Virus record (IMG/VR): IMGVR_UViG_3300020576_003018
Location: 13,126 to 77,125 of that record
Length of the DNA stretch: 64,000 nt
From: a virus
Taxonomy: Duplodnaviria; Caudoviricetes
Direction: 5' to 3' (one strand)
Shown piece after piece: positions 46,612 through 55,870 of the stretch. Below the pieces are notes generated by a model, which worked only from the letters and a program-made list of their open reading frames with translations, did no database searches and was not told where the DNA came from. Position 1 is the first letter of the stretch. Every line of letters starts with the position of its first letter. Position numbers and translations under genes: made by a program.

Positions 46612-47748
46612 ATGTTCACCACTCCGATCCATCCCGCGCTTTCTTTCTCCTTCCAGGATTTGGTCCAGGGCCTTGAAACCTGGGTCCAGGAAGGTTCCAT
46701 TCTTCGTTCGGATTCTATCCAGGCAAATGGCAAGGTGCTTTCGATCTACAACTACTCCAAGGGTTGTCAGTTCGCTCGCAACTGGAACCAATGGACTGTC
46801 ATGGCTCGTGGTTTGATCCTGGAGCATGAGTCCGTTGATAACCGTACCACTGGCCGAATCGTCGCGATTCCTTTCCCGAAATTTTTCAACGCAACCGAAC
46901 AAGAAGGCGCAAAGTCTGTTCGTTTTGACGATTCTGGATTCGACATCTTCAAGAAGATGGATGGAAGCCTTGGGATCGTTTACCATTATGATGGTTCGTG
47001 GCGTGTTGCCACTCGTGGTTCTTTGAACAGTGATCAAGCTGTCTGGGCAACCAACTGGATCAACGAGCGTCCACAAATTCTTGCTGCTCTTGACAAGGAT
47101 GTGACTTATCTTTGTGAGATCATCTATGAAGCCAACCGCATTGTCATTTCTTACGACTTTGAAGGTCTTGTGATGCTGGGAGCTTACAACCGTGTCACTG
47201 GTCACGAGCTTTCCTATGACTCACTTGATGGGTTGTGTGGAAAGGTTGGAATGCAGATTGCCCAGCGTTACAACTACACCACTTTCGAGCAGATCGTTGA
47301 TGTGTTGAAGGTTCTTCCTGGGACTGAGGAAGGTTTTGTTATTCGATTCCGGGAGACTGGTGATCGAGTAAAGATGAAGGGTGAGGAATACTGTGTTCTT
47401 CACCGCTTGATTTCCAACATCACTCCTCTGTCGATCTGGAACCTTTTGGTTCTTGGTCATGATATGGATTCTTACAAGGCTTCAATGCCTGAAGAGTTTT
47501 GGGGTGATATCGACAACATGCTCTCGTTCTTCATGCGGAAGCGGGACGAGATTTTCCAGGCTGTTCTTGTTGCTGCCAAGTCTGTTGAGCATCTCTCCGA
47601 CAAGGAGCTTGGATTGTTCTTGAAGAGTGAATCCAGTCGCAAGGAAATTCCTTGGAGCCTTGTTTTCCCACTGAGGAAGAAGGGTGAAGAGGCTGTGAAG
47701 CAGACCATCCTCCAGCATATCCGTCCCACAGGAAATGTCTGTGCTTAG
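46612..47748 (+). CDS. RNA ligase, T4 Rnl1-like
   Basis: YNY, ARGLIL, PFPKFFN, motif I KMDGSLG, ATRGS, CEII, EEGFVI, RVKMK..EY. Confidence 0.9.
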   Translation: MFTTPIHPALSFSFQDLVQGLETWVQEGSILRSDSIQANGKVLSIYNYSKGCQFARNWNQWTVMARGLILEHESVDNRTTGRIVAIPFPKFFNATEQEGAKSVRFDDSGFDIFKKMDGSLGIVYHYDGSWRVATRGSLNSDQAVWATNWINERPQILAALDKDVTYLCEIIYEANRIVISYDFEGLVMLGAYNRVTGHELSYDSLDGLCGKVGMQIAQRYNYTTFEQIVDVLKVLPGTEEGFVIRFRETGDRVKMKGEEYCVLHRLISNITPLSIWNLLVLGHDMDSYKASMPEEFWGDIDNMLSFFMRKRDEIFQAVLVAAKSVEHLSDKELGLFLKSESSRKEIPWSLVFPLRKKGEEAVKQTILQHIRPTGNVCA

Positions 47749-47782
47749 ATTTCTCCACCATTACTGTTGGCGCCGCCTTAAA

Positions 47783-48046
47783 ATGGCAAGAATGAAGCCG
47801 CAAGCGATGGTCGGCAAACTGTATACCAATAAACGACTCCTCTCCCCCAGTTTCATTTGGCGAGAGATAGAAAACGGGCAGTTTGAAGAAGATTGGATTC
47901 ATCTTAAAACCTTTGTTGTCGTGGGGTTCTTTTTGAAGAAGGAATTGGTTTTTCGCCTTTTGACAAGAGAGGGGGAACTCGTTCGAATATTGTGGAGTCC
48001 ATATCACGAATGGATTGAACTCAAAGATACCGAGGGGAATTCATGA
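47783..48046 (+). CDS. Array-family protein
   Basis: VGKLY, FVVVG, LLTREG. Confidence 0.65.
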   Translation: MARMKPQAMVGKLYTNKRLLSPSFIWREIENGQFEEDWIHLKTFVVVGFFLKKELVFRLLTREGELVRILWSPYHEWIELKDTEGNS

Positions 48047-48234
48047 CAACAAGAAAACTGCAACCAGCATTCCTGGTTTTGTATGTGATTGGTCCAATCA
48101 CCCTTGGTCCTCACACACTAACCCGGCGCACCCCTGCATTAGAAAAGAAATTCCCAGCGAAGTATAAAGGAGAATATTGGGAGTATGTTACTCCATCAGG
48201 AGAAATTGGGAGCTGCTTCTTCAGTTTGAACTGA
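48043..48234 (+). CDS. Array-family-like protein
   Basis: ATGA-coupled; YVTPSGEIG turn. Confidence 0.5.
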   Translation: MTTRKLQPAFLVLYVIGPITLGPHTLTRRTPALEKKFPAKYKGEYWEYVTPSGEIGSCFFSLN

Positions 48235-48274
48235 TTCGTGTTATCGAGTCTGAAGAAGATTTGGTGATTTAGAC

Positions 48275-48598
48275 GTGCCGAAGAAAACAAAGAGCCCAAG
48301 ACCTCCTGCCAAAGCAAAAAACCTCGTGGGCAAACTCATGTGTTCGACACATCGTTTGAATCTTTACATTGGCTACAAAGGCCCTGGAAGTAATTGGAAA
48401 CCGGGATTTTTGTATGCAGGACAGAATTTTGTTGTTTTGCGTGCGACGCCACACAAGCAGAAACTTATTCGTGACGGTAACGTTTCTGCCTATTTCCTTT
48501 ACGATTTGGAGATCCTTGCGGCAGGCACAGACACTCCAGCCGCGCTGTTGAGTGTGGATTTGAAACATTTCAAGGAAGTGACAATTGGTGATGAATAA
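48275..48598 (+). CDS. Array-family protein
   Basis: LVGKLM, GQNFVVL, FKEV. Confidence 0.7.
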   Translation: MPKKTKSPRPPAKAKNLVGKLMCSTHRLNLYIGYKGPGSNWKPGFLYAGQNFVVLRATPHKQKLIRDGNVSAYFLYDLEILAAGTDTPAALLSVDLKHFKEVTIGDE

Positions 48599-48899
48599 CT
48601 TGGAGGCAACCCGACACTCCTTGATTGGAAAGCTGGTCAGAGCAAACTTTTTCTCCTTCCCAGTGAACAGGCATAAATTGGTTATATCGAGCCATGTGCC
48701 TTTTGAAACCAGTTTTTTGCTTTTTTCATCTTGTTTCGTTGTGTTGGAAGTTGAGGAAATACCTGAAGGCGCACCGCGCAAGAGCACTCACCCAGGTGCA
48801 TTCATGTTAAAAGTCTTGACTGTTCCCGAAGGAATCATTGGTTGGCTTTATTGCTGCGACCCAGCTTGGTTGGTGGAAATCACAGAGGAAAAACCGTGA
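48591..48899 (+). CDS. Array-family protein
   Basis: LIGKLV, FVVLEV, VPEGIIGW. Confidence 0.7.
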   Translation: MNNLEATRHSLIGKLVRANFFSFPVNRHKLVISSHVPFETSFLLFSSCFVVLEVEEIPEGAPRKSTHPGAFMLKVLTVPEGIIGWLYCCDPAWLVEITEEKP

Positions 48900-49241
48900 A
48901 GGACAACAAAGATCCGATTGCTGAAAAGATTGCAGAGATGGAAGCCGAGTATCTGGCAAAGAGAGAGAAAACGGCCTTTACCAGAAGCTGGAAGATTGTA
49001 TCGAGTTTCTTCTGGTTCCAGCCCAGGAGACTTTTGGCCAAGATGCGCTTACGTTCTGCACCCGAATCCGTCAATTGAACGTGATCGAATCACGTTGAAC
49101 GAAGGCGATTACGTTCACGTTCTCGATTCCACTCCTTCTCACTTTGGCAAACATGCTGTGACCAAAGTTATCACGCCTTGTGGAAGGATCGCATATATGT
49201 CCTCAGTGCTCCTTGAAAGAAATCCAGTGGAAACAGAATGA
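48896..49241 (+). pseudogene. Array-family ORF split at A4 (48968-48971)
   Basis: Removing one A joins MKDNKDPIAEK..LAKRE to KRPLPEAGRLYRV..TPCGRIAY. Confidence 0.55.
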
Positions 49242-49447
49242 CAACCAACTCAGAACAAAAACGCTTGACAGAGAAGTTTGTTGGGAAGCTTGTTTGCAGC
49301 ACCTGCACTTTCCCAAGACTCTGGAACTATAGCGCCACCACATCAACAGAGATTTTGGTCGCCGGTTTTATTCGTTTTGGCTGGCTCATTCACCCGAACA
49401 CCAAACTCACTCTACTCTGCCCAGCAAACTCCAATGATGTTCTCTGA
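49238..49447 (+). CDS. Array-family-like protein
   Basis: FVGKLV. Confidence 0.55.
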   Translation: MTTNSEQKRLTEKFVGKLVCSTCTFPRLWNYSATTSTEILVAGFIRFGWLIHPNTKLTLLCPANSNDVL

Positions 49448-49712
49448 TCCACTCATCCCAGGAAAACTGTATTACCTCACAACTCATTCAAAATATAACA
49501 TCCGGGTCTATCAATACCCACATTCAAAGAACAAAACGAGAGATGAAGATGAACTGGTTGGTGAAATTAGCGTCCTTGACAGCTTTGTTTATCTTGGCAA
49601 AAGCCCAGAAGGTTTAGAACTGGTCTTGCTGGGAGATGGAACGTTTGGCTATATGGATGTTTGGTGTGAATATCATCACTTCAAAGAAGTGGTAACAACG
49701 GAAGAAGAATGA
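49434..49712 (+). CDS. Array-family protein
   Basis: PGKLYY, SFVYLG, LGDGTFGY, FKEV. Confidence 0.7.
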   Translation: MMFSDPLIPGKLYYLTTHSKYNIRVYQYPHSKNKTRDEDELVGEISVLDSFVYLGKSPEGLELVLLGDGTFGYMDVWCEYHHFKEVVTTEEE

Positions 49713-50316
49713 TGTGGATTGTTAATGGGTTGTATGAAAATCGCTGCACCGCATATTCCATCAGCGAGGGTTTGATCCAGACGGACGGAACCACTTGGGA
49801 AAACTCTCGACATCTTGGAAACTTGATGAAAGGTGAGAAATTCGTGTTGCTTGATTGGCAACATGCTCGCCTGAGCGGGGTTATTCCTCGACGGTCCCAC
49901 TATAACGTTTTGTTGTTGCGGGTGATGACGTTGGATGGTACAATCGGCTGGATCAGGACAAACGACTCTTACTTCCACACTGGCTTTGAACTCCTTGCAA
50001 GGCCCAATGACAACGAACAACACCAAAAAAAAACGAAGTTCCTTGAACCTTTTCAGCCGTTTGTTGGAAAGTTGGTGATATGGATAGATGATTGGGGAAG
50101 AAATTTGTGGCTTACAGAAGGCTCCACAGGAAACCATTTATGCGGCTCCTTGGAGCCAGACGATTTATTTGTTGTTCTTTCTCTGGAATTTGCCCGTGAC
50201 TGTGATGGTGAAGTGTCCAAATTAAAATCCTACACCCCAAATTCGGCGCCGTGTTTGTCGATGTGGTGTATCCAGATGATCTCGCCGTTATTTCTTCAGA
50301 TGAGGAATCAGAATGA
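49709..50316 (+). pseudogene. Two-domain array-family ORF with C-terminal frameshift at A4 (50224-50227)
   Basis: NGLYE and FVGKLV units in one frame; adding one A gives KILHPKFG...DEESE* overlapping ATG 50313. Confidence 0.55.
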
Positions 50317-50603
50317 CACAATCCAACAATCCGTTTGAAAAGTTCACAGGGAAGCTTGTGAGATGCTCCTACGCTGTTCGTTTGGAGACAGATTATTCTG
50401 GTGGATATGACAGAATCCCAGCTCAAACCATCTTTCTTGTTCTTGATACGAGTGATGTTGGGTACTGCTGGGAAGAAGAAGCAAGTCCGGGTGATTTACG
50501 ATGGGGGTTCGGTTTGAAGGTTTTGACTGCCGAAGGAGTTTTTGAAACCCAAGAAGTCATTCTTGAGTCACTCACCATCGTAGAAACAGAAGACAAGGAA
50601 TAA
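50313..50603 (+). CDS. Array-family protein
   Basis: TGKLV, IFLVL, VLTAEG. Confidence 0.7.
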   Translation: MTQSNNPFEKFTGKLVRCSYAVRLETDYSGGYDRIPAQTIFLVLDTSDVGYCWEEEASPGDLRWGFGLKVLTAEGVFETQEVILESLTIVETEDKE

Positions 50604-50610
50604 GCCAACA

Positions 50611-51012
50611 ATGCCACCAGCCAAAACAAACAAATCCGGAATCAGGAAAGTTAGAGTTTCCAAAAAAGAGATCGAAGCTTCTCAATCGAAAACCAAAGAA
50701 GAATTGTTGTTGGTTTCCTACCACAGACCAACAACTCCGGACGGCAGACTCAGGGATGACTTTTCAACAGACCCCGCAATCATGTTTTTTGAAGCCTTGT
50801 CTTTTGGCAAAAACCTCACACTAAGAGCAGAATCTATTTGTAGCGGTTCTCTCGTTCTTTCAATTGGCAGAATTATTCACAACGAATACACTCTCGACCT
50901 TCCTCTGATTGAAGTTGTTTCCCCAACTGGAAAAGTTGGTTTTGTAAACCCGGTGTTCCTCTATCGACTTGATCAAGTTGCACTTGAAAGTCTGAGCAAA
51001 CAAAATGAGTGA
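50611..51012 (+). CDS. Array-family protein
   Basis: SLVLSIG, VVSPTGKVGFV. Confidence 0.65.
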   Translation: MPPAKTNKSGIRKVRVSKKEIEASQSKTKEELLLVSYHRPTTPDGRLRDDFSTDPAIMFFEALSFGKNLTLRAESICSGSLVLSIGRIIHNEYTLDLPLIEVVSPTGKVGFVNPVFLYRLDQVALESLSKQNE

Positions 51013-51289
51013 AAAGAAATTCGTTGCCCATCTTTGTTTGCTCCGTCATTATGGCAACTCAAATCAATTCGTTTACTCATCCGAACAACCCAGATTTTTC
51101 ATTGAAGAGCTAAAGGAAGGACAACCCTTCGTTGCCTTCTTTGATGTGAACGAAAAGAAAAACCCATTGTGTTATTACTTCCTTCCGGTTCTAACTCAGA
51201 GCGGCAAACTGGGAGCTGTCCTTTGTATGGAAGAAGAAATTGAGATCATTCAGAGAGGAGATATAGACGAACAATGCTGTGCAGAGTAA
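51005..51289 (+). CDS. Array-family protein
   Basis: GQPFVAF, VLTQSGKLG. Confidence 0.65.
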   Translation: MSEKKFVAHLCLLRHYGNSNQFVYSSEQPRFFIEELKEGQPFVAFFDVNEKKNPLCYYFLPVLTQSGKLGAVLCMEEEIEIIQRGDIDEQCCAE

Positions 51290-51576
51290 TTCGTGGTTCC
51301 GGCATCAGAGGGCTGGACAGTCATTATTTCCCCTATGTTGTTAAGGACAACAACACCGGTAAATTTTTCGACATCCGATTTCTTGAAATTGGCTCAATCA
51401 TCATGTTTGTAAATTTTGAGTTTGACTTGGGAGAAGCGCATCGAACGTGCAACTGGCCAAATTTCATCACAGCAGATGGAGTCTTGGGAACGGTGGAATA
51501 TCAAAAACACATGATCCATCCATCTCTACCCATCTGGGTTGAAGAACTCACGGAAGAGAATTGTTTATATGCCTAA
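51274..51576 (+). CDS. Array-family protein
   Basis: IGSIIMFV, TADGVLG, WVEEL. Confidence 0.65.
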   Translation: MLCRVIRGSGIRGLDSHYFPYVVKDNNTGKFFDIRFLEIGSIIMFVNFEFDLGEAHRTCNWPNFITADGVLGTVEYQKHMIHPSLPIWVEELTEENCLYA

Positions 51577-51868
51577 TGGTTACACAAAGACTCCTGGTTG
51601 TCCCAAATACGTTGAAATCTTCAACATCACAAATCCAGATGAGGCTTGGTATGGAGAGTTTGGTGTCGGCCCATTCATTCGAATCATAACGGAAAGAGTC
51701 TATCTGGAGATAGGCGTTGATCCCGAAAACCAGGATCATTGGATTTGGTACATCCAACCAGACTGCGGCAGTCCAATCCCAGCACTTCAAGGCTCTGGCC
51801 CGAATATCCCCGACATCGCTTTTGACATCTTCCGAGACTACGGCCTTCTTCCCCCAGAATCAACGTAA
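51569..51868 (+). CDS. Hypothetical protein
   Basis: Coupled ORF; Pro/Gly-rich, lacks the array motif. Confidence 0.6.
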   Translation: MPNGYTKTPGCPKYVEIFNITNPDEAWYGEFGVGPFIRIITERVYLEIGVDPENQDHWIWYIQPDCGSPIPALQGSGPNIPDIAFDIFRDYGLLPPEST

Positions 51869-51947
51869 AGGCACCTGTACGCCTTTTTAGAGCCTTCAAA
51901 CCTTTCCAAGCCACTCTCACCCATCCCAAAATTCTTCGGGCGTTGCA

Positions 51948-52015
51948 AGGCATCCTGGAGCGATTTGGGTTTTGACCGGAAGGGTGTTGACAGGGTTTTG
52001 TGGTTATGGTAAGGT
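51948..52015 (+). promoter_or_regulatory. AGGCATCCTGGAGCGAT motif plus leaderless sigma70 promoter
   Basis: Motif 51948-51964; TTGACA(51987)-17-TAAGGT-7 nt-ATG 52023. Confidence 0.75.
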
Positions 52016-52022
52016 GTGTGTT

Positions 52023-52310
52023 ATGAAGAACATCGTCAAGGGTCACAAGGTTCGAGTCAACAAGGACATTCACCGGGTTGCTTCCTGGGAAGCGGGAACT
52101 CAAGAAGTTCTTCCTGGAGTGGTTGTTCCTGCAAGCATCCCCAACCACATCCTTTATGCCGAGAAGGGAGAAGAGGGCGAAGTTGTTGAGACTTTCCGAA
52201 ACACTTGCAGCGGCAGTTCTTCTGTTCATGGTCCTTGGTATGCCAAGGTGTTGATGAATGGTAGCATCAAAACTTTTCGACTGACTTCTTTGGAGAGGAT
52301 TGATGGATAG
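52023..52310 (+). CDS. SH3/KOW-like protein
   Basis: KGHKVRV, GEEGEVVE, YAKVLMNG. Confidence 0.65.
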   Translation: MKNIVKGHKVRVNKDIHRVASWEAGTQEVLPGVVVPASIPNHILYAEKGEEGEVVETFRNTCSGSSSVHGPWYAKVLMNGSIKTFRLTSLERIDG

Positions 52311-52587
52311 TAACAACAGCCACCAAACCACTTTTCAAACCAAAGATGGCAGGTTGTGGTCGAAAGGTGATTTGTGTCATTTTGCTCCGTTGCCTGTGAA
52401 CAAACAAATTTGGTGGGTAAGTGCTTCAACCGCAAACCGTCTGAGGTTTTTATCCTCTGATCTCTGGATCCTTCTTCATATTGATTTTACCTTCGAAATT
52501 GTTACTATCCTTCATCCTAAACATGGGGTGTTGGAAGTCCCAATTCCAACCGAAAACATTGTTCGGGTTTGCCCAACAAAACGATGA
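52300..52587 (+). CDS. Array-family protein, HPxHG pair
   Basis: KGDLCHF, DLWILL, ILHPKHGVLEVPI. Confidence 0.7.
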   Translation: MMDSNNSHQTTFQTKDGRLWSKGDLCHFAPLPVNKQIWWVSASTANRLRFLSSDLWILLHIDFTFEIVTILHPKHGVLEVPIPTENIVRVCPTKR

Positions 52588-52594
52588 GAGGAAA

Positions 52595-52879
52595 ATGATG
52601 AGTAAATTTCAGGATTTCGAAGGTAGAAAGCCCAGAAGAGGAGATTTGGCTTGTTTTAACAGCTTTGAAGCTGTCAATAGCACATGGAATATAGCCACGG
52701 TGGATAGTTCGGGAAGGAATGTTTATTTCAGCCCGATGGACTATTGGATCTTGTTGGATATGCCCTGGCATGGCCGTGTTGACATTCTTCACCCAACACA
52801 TGGAGTGCTGAATGTTCCAATTACCCCACGAGCCATTCGGCTTGTTACCACAGCCTCGAAAGAAAACAACAATGAGTGA
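52595..52879 (+). CDS. Array-family protein, HPxHG pair
   Basis: RGDLACF, DYWILL, ILHPTHGVLNVPI. Confidence 0.7.
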   Translation: MMSKFQDFEGRKPRRGDLACFNSFEAVNSTWNIATVDSSGRNVYFSPMDYWILLDMPWHGRVDILHPTHGVLNVPITPRAIRLVTTASKENNNE

Positions 52880-53228
52880 ACGCCAGCAACAAAAGATCCA
52901 GGTTGGTGATTTGGTTCAATACGTTCCAGATCCAAAAGACGAAGAGAAGTATGGGTCTGTGGAAAACTTCATTTACGGGTGTTGTGAAGCGGTTTGTACT
53001 TGCGAGCGATACATCCAGTGTGATAATTGCATCAGGTGCCTGGATGCTGGAGTTCCTGTCCTGGTTGTTGGCATTGTTCCAGTAAACCCATCATCCAATG
53101 ATGGTTCCAGTTACTTGATTGTTCTCATGCCAAACGGGGAAGAGGTTACTTTTGGATACGACGAAGAATACGACGAAGAAGTCGGAGGCGGAAGATTCGT
53201 TCTGGTTGAGGAAAACAATAATGAGTGA
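52872..53228 (+). CDS. Array-family protein with Cys-rich insert
   Basis: VGDLVQY, CCEAVCTCERYIQCDNC, LMPNG. Confidence 0.7.
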   Translation: MSERQQQKIQVGDLVQYVPDPKDEEKYGSVENFIYGCCEAVCTCERYIQCDNCIRCLDAGVPVLVVGIVPVNPSSNDGSSYLIVLMPNGEEVTFGYDEEYDEEVGGGRFVLVEENNNE

Positions 53229-53532
53229 TAAACCGTTGCCATTTCAACTTCAACCCGGAACTTTGTTGAAAGTGACCAGTTTTTGCTTTGGCATTCAATA
53301 CAAACCAGATCCCTGGAAGCCTGATGCCCTTGGTTATTCCAAAGATTTCTCCCTTGAAATTGGAGAGTTTGTGGTTTTGTGTGGATCACCATTTATTTGG
53401 AAGTATTTTGATACCACACTCACCGCCTTCCCGATGATTCACCCAATTCATGGTAAATTCGTTTTGAATTTCCAAGATTCTTCGGAGGTTTCGGTGTTTT
53501 TGAAGTTTGTGAGCAATAACGATGACGATTGA
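53221..53532 (+). CDS. Array-family protein, PDPW/HPxHG subfamily
   Basis: PGTLL, YKPDPW, GEF, HPIHGK. Confidence 0.7.
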   Translation: MSDKPLPFQLQPGTLLKVTSFCFGIQYKPDPWKPDALGYSKDFSLEIGEFVVLCGSPFIWKYFDTTLTAFPMIHPIHGKFVLNFQDSSEVSVFLKFVSNNDDD

Positions 53533-53824
53533 TCAATCGCTCTTGGATGAATTTATGCCTGGGAATTTGTTGAGGGTATCCCGACAATGCTTGGGCTTTC
53601 AATATAAACCAGACTCTTGGCAGATAGGAAGCACCGACCGAGAAAGTTTCACGATCAAACCCAACGATCTGATGAGTTTATGCAAACCGCCATTAATTGA
53701 TTCCAAATTTTCGTTTTTGGTTTTCCCCGTGCTTCATCCAGTTTATGGAAAAATCACTTTGAATTTCAATCCGGGTAACGCAATGAATTATCTGGGGGTT
53801 GTGAGTGTTGAAGAAGATGAATGA
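53522..53824 (+). CDS. Array-family protein, PDPW/HPxHG subfamily
   Basis: PGNLL, YKPDSW, HPVYGK. Confidence 0.7.
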   Translation: MTIDQSLLDEFMPGNLLRVSRQCLGFQYKPDSWQIGSTDRESFTIKPNDLMSLCKPPLIDSKFSFLVFPVLHPVYGKITLNFNPGNAMNYLGVVSVEEDE

Positions 53825-54098
53825 GTGCAGAGATTACAAAACCGGCGATTTGCTTGAGACTTTGCGTCCAACCATTTGTCTCAAACGAAACAAGGAACCT
53901 TGGGTGTTCGATGTTCGTGATGGTAAACTCTTCTCAATAGAGAAAGGAGAGTTTTTGCTCTTGTTCGAAATCGAAGAAGATGCGGATAAAACCTTACGTT
54001 TTTTGTGCATCCACCCAGTTCACGGAAAGATCATTGTCAGTTTTGCTGATTTTATTGATTCAACGAGTTTTCTCCGCAGCAAAGAAATGGCAGAATAA
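53817..54098 (+). CDS. Array-family protein, PDPW/HPxHG subfamily
   Basis: TGDLL, EPW, GEF, HPVHGK. Confidence 0.7.
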   Translation: MNECRDYKTGDLLETLRPTICLKRNKEPWVFDVRDGKLFSIEKGEFLLLFEIEEDADKTLRFLCIHPVHGKIIVSFADFIDSTSFLRSKEMAE

Positions 54099-54100
54099 AA

Positions 54101-54418
54101 GTGGAAATTGAAAACGAGGATTGGGCCATTGGAACTTTGTTGGTGGTTACAGAGGAATGCTTGGGCTTCCAAAGCGAACCAGATCCTTGGGATTTTGCCA
54201 ATGTTACCAAGCATAAACGTTTGGTTGTTGGGGATCATGTTGTTGTCGCATCCCCAGCAACGAAAGAGAAGTGGAAGAATTCAACTTACAACGTTCACAG
54301 AATTATTCATCCTGCTTACGGGAATTTGATTCTTTCTTTTGCATCGGGTCAGGATGATTACCAGATAGAACACTTCACCAGAAAGGTTAAGGTTGTCGTT
54401 GACAATGGAGATGAGTGA
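54101..54418 (+). CDS. Array-family protein, PDPW/HPxHG subfamily
   Basis: IGTLL, EPDPW, HPAYG. Confidence 0.7.
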   Translation: MEIENEDWAIGTLLVVTEECLGFQSEPDPWDFANVTKHKRLVVGDHVVVASPATKEKWKNSTYNVHRIIHPAYGNLILSFASGQDDYQIEHFTRKVKVVVDNGDE

Positions 54419-54686
54419 ACCAGAATTCAAGTGTGGAGATTTGGTTAGCTTTGCCAAAACTTGTTATGTAGTCAAATACCAGCCAAATTCATGGGGCTGG
54501 CAACATTGGACTGATTATTCCGATCATCTTATCAGTCCAGGGGAGTTTTCCGTTGTGTGCAGCGTTGTTAACGACGTGAGTTTTTACCGAGTTTTGCTCA
54601 TTCATCCCACACAGGGGAAGGTTGTGATGAATTTTGCATCACCATACGGCATGAAACAACTTCTCAAGCACCAGGAAACAGAATGA
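54411..54686 (+). CDS. Array-family protein, PDPW/HPxHG subfamily
   Basis: CGDLV, QPNSW, GEF, HPTQGK. Confidence 0.7.
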   Translation: MSEPEFKCGDLVSFAKTCYVVKYQPNSWGWQHWTDYSDHLISPGEFSVVCSVVNDVSFYRVLLIHPTQGKVVMNFASPYGMKQLLKHQETE

Positions 54687-55021
54687 CAAAGAAGGGTGTT
54701 GGTGAAAAGAAAAAAATGGCGAATTATGAAACCTGGGAGGCAGGAACTCTCCTTGTAACAAAACAACGAATTGTAATCGTGCGTCATTTACCGGATCCTT
54801 GGGATTTCCAATCCAAGAATTTCACCCGCATTTGCCTTAATGAGTCAGAGAATTTTATTCTCATGTCTCCCAACACAGAAGAGGAATATTGTGGGACGTA
54901 CTACCTTGTTTTTAGGATTTTGCACCCAATTCACGGTAGAACGGTTGTATCACTTGACAACAGCGATGGTACCAAGGTCGAAGAATACATCGCACCAGTT
55001 CCAACATTGGAAGGATGTTAG
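54683..55021 (+). CDS. Array-family protein, PDPW/HPxHG subfamily
   Basis: AGTLL, LPDPW, HPIHGR. Confidence 0.7.
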   Translation: MTKKGVGEKKKMANYETWEAGTLLVTKQRIVIVRHLPDPWDFQSKNFTRICLNESENFILMSPNTEEEYCGTYYLVFRILHPIHGRTVVSLDNSDGTKVEEYIAPVPTLEGC

Positions 55022-55060
55022 CGATGATTGATTGTCGTAATGGATCGAAATAATTTTCTG

Positions 55061-55089
55061 TTGCTTTTGAGGCTGGCGTGCTGTAGAGT
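55061..55089 (+). promoter_or_regulatory. Sigma70-like promoter, leaderless
   Basis: TTGCTT-17-TAGAGT-6 nt-ATG 55096. Confidence 0.7.
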
Positions 55090-55095
55090 ATCCTC

Positions 55096-55575
55096 ATGAC
55101 GAATAACGTCCAGCAACAAAAAATTCCCGAGATCGGAACTTTGTTGGAAGTGGCAAATGAGGAATTTGGCAACTGGCTTCCTCAAGGTAGTATTGTTCCC
55201 GGATGGGATTGCTCTGGTGATTTTGAGGATGCGTTGTTCGGTCAGAACTTCTCATACAAAGTTGGTGACAAGGTTGTTTTCATGGGCCTTGCGGTCGAAA
55301 ACGATGAAGGTGGCGATCCGATTTGGTTTCGGGTTCTCCTCCTCGATCCTGCTCGTGGTGAAAAAACTTCCGCTGTGTGTATGCCGTTCCTAGAAGATCT
55401 GTTTCTCTTGCACTTCTGCAAATCCTTTCTTCCCATCCCACCAACAACGCAAGACGATGATGAATACTCAGTCTTGACCTTCCTTTCTGCGTGTTCGGGT
55501 GAAGTTGTTTGTTGTGAACTTCTGCCACAGTTATGGGAAAGCACATTCGAAAGGATTCAAGAAGAAGATGAGTAA
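55096..55575 (+). CDS. Array-family protein, extended
   Basis: IGTLLEV, VGDKVVFMG, LDPARG, FERI. Confidence 0.7.
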   Translation: MTNNVQQQKIPEIGTLLEVANEEFGNWLPQGSIVPGWDCSGDFEDALFGQNFSYKVGDKVVFMGLAVENDEGGDPIWFRVLLLDPARGEKTSAVCMPFLEDLFLLHFCKSFLPIPPTTQDDDEYSVLTFLSACSGEVVCCELLPQLWESTFERIQEEDE

Positions 55576-55870
55576 CAACAGCAGGTTCTTTGACTTTAAG
55601 GTTGGGAAGTTGTATCGTCTCACCCGATATTATTTTTGGGCTGGTAATGACGTTGATTGGAACGACGCTGAAGAAGAAGATCTTCTAGTAAAAGAGGCCA
55701 GGGTTGGCGAAATTGTTGTCTTTATGGGTTTCAAATCATTTGTGTCCTTTGGGAAAAAATATAAGGCTTTGTCATTCATTTCGGCAGATCAAGGTGGTTT
55801 GGTTTACATGGCGCTGCATTCAGATTACTGGGATTCGTACTTTGAAAGGATCCCAGACGATGATCAGTGA
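55568..55870 (+). CDS. Array-family protein, FLSPxHG-like subfamily
   Basis: VGKLYRL, VGEIVVFMG, FISADQG, FERI. Confidence 0.7.
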   Translation: MSNNSRFFDFKVGKLYRLTRYYFWAGNDVDWNDAEEEDLLVKEARVGEIVVFMGFKSFVSFGKKYKALSFISADQGGLVYMALHSDYWDSYFERIPDDDQ

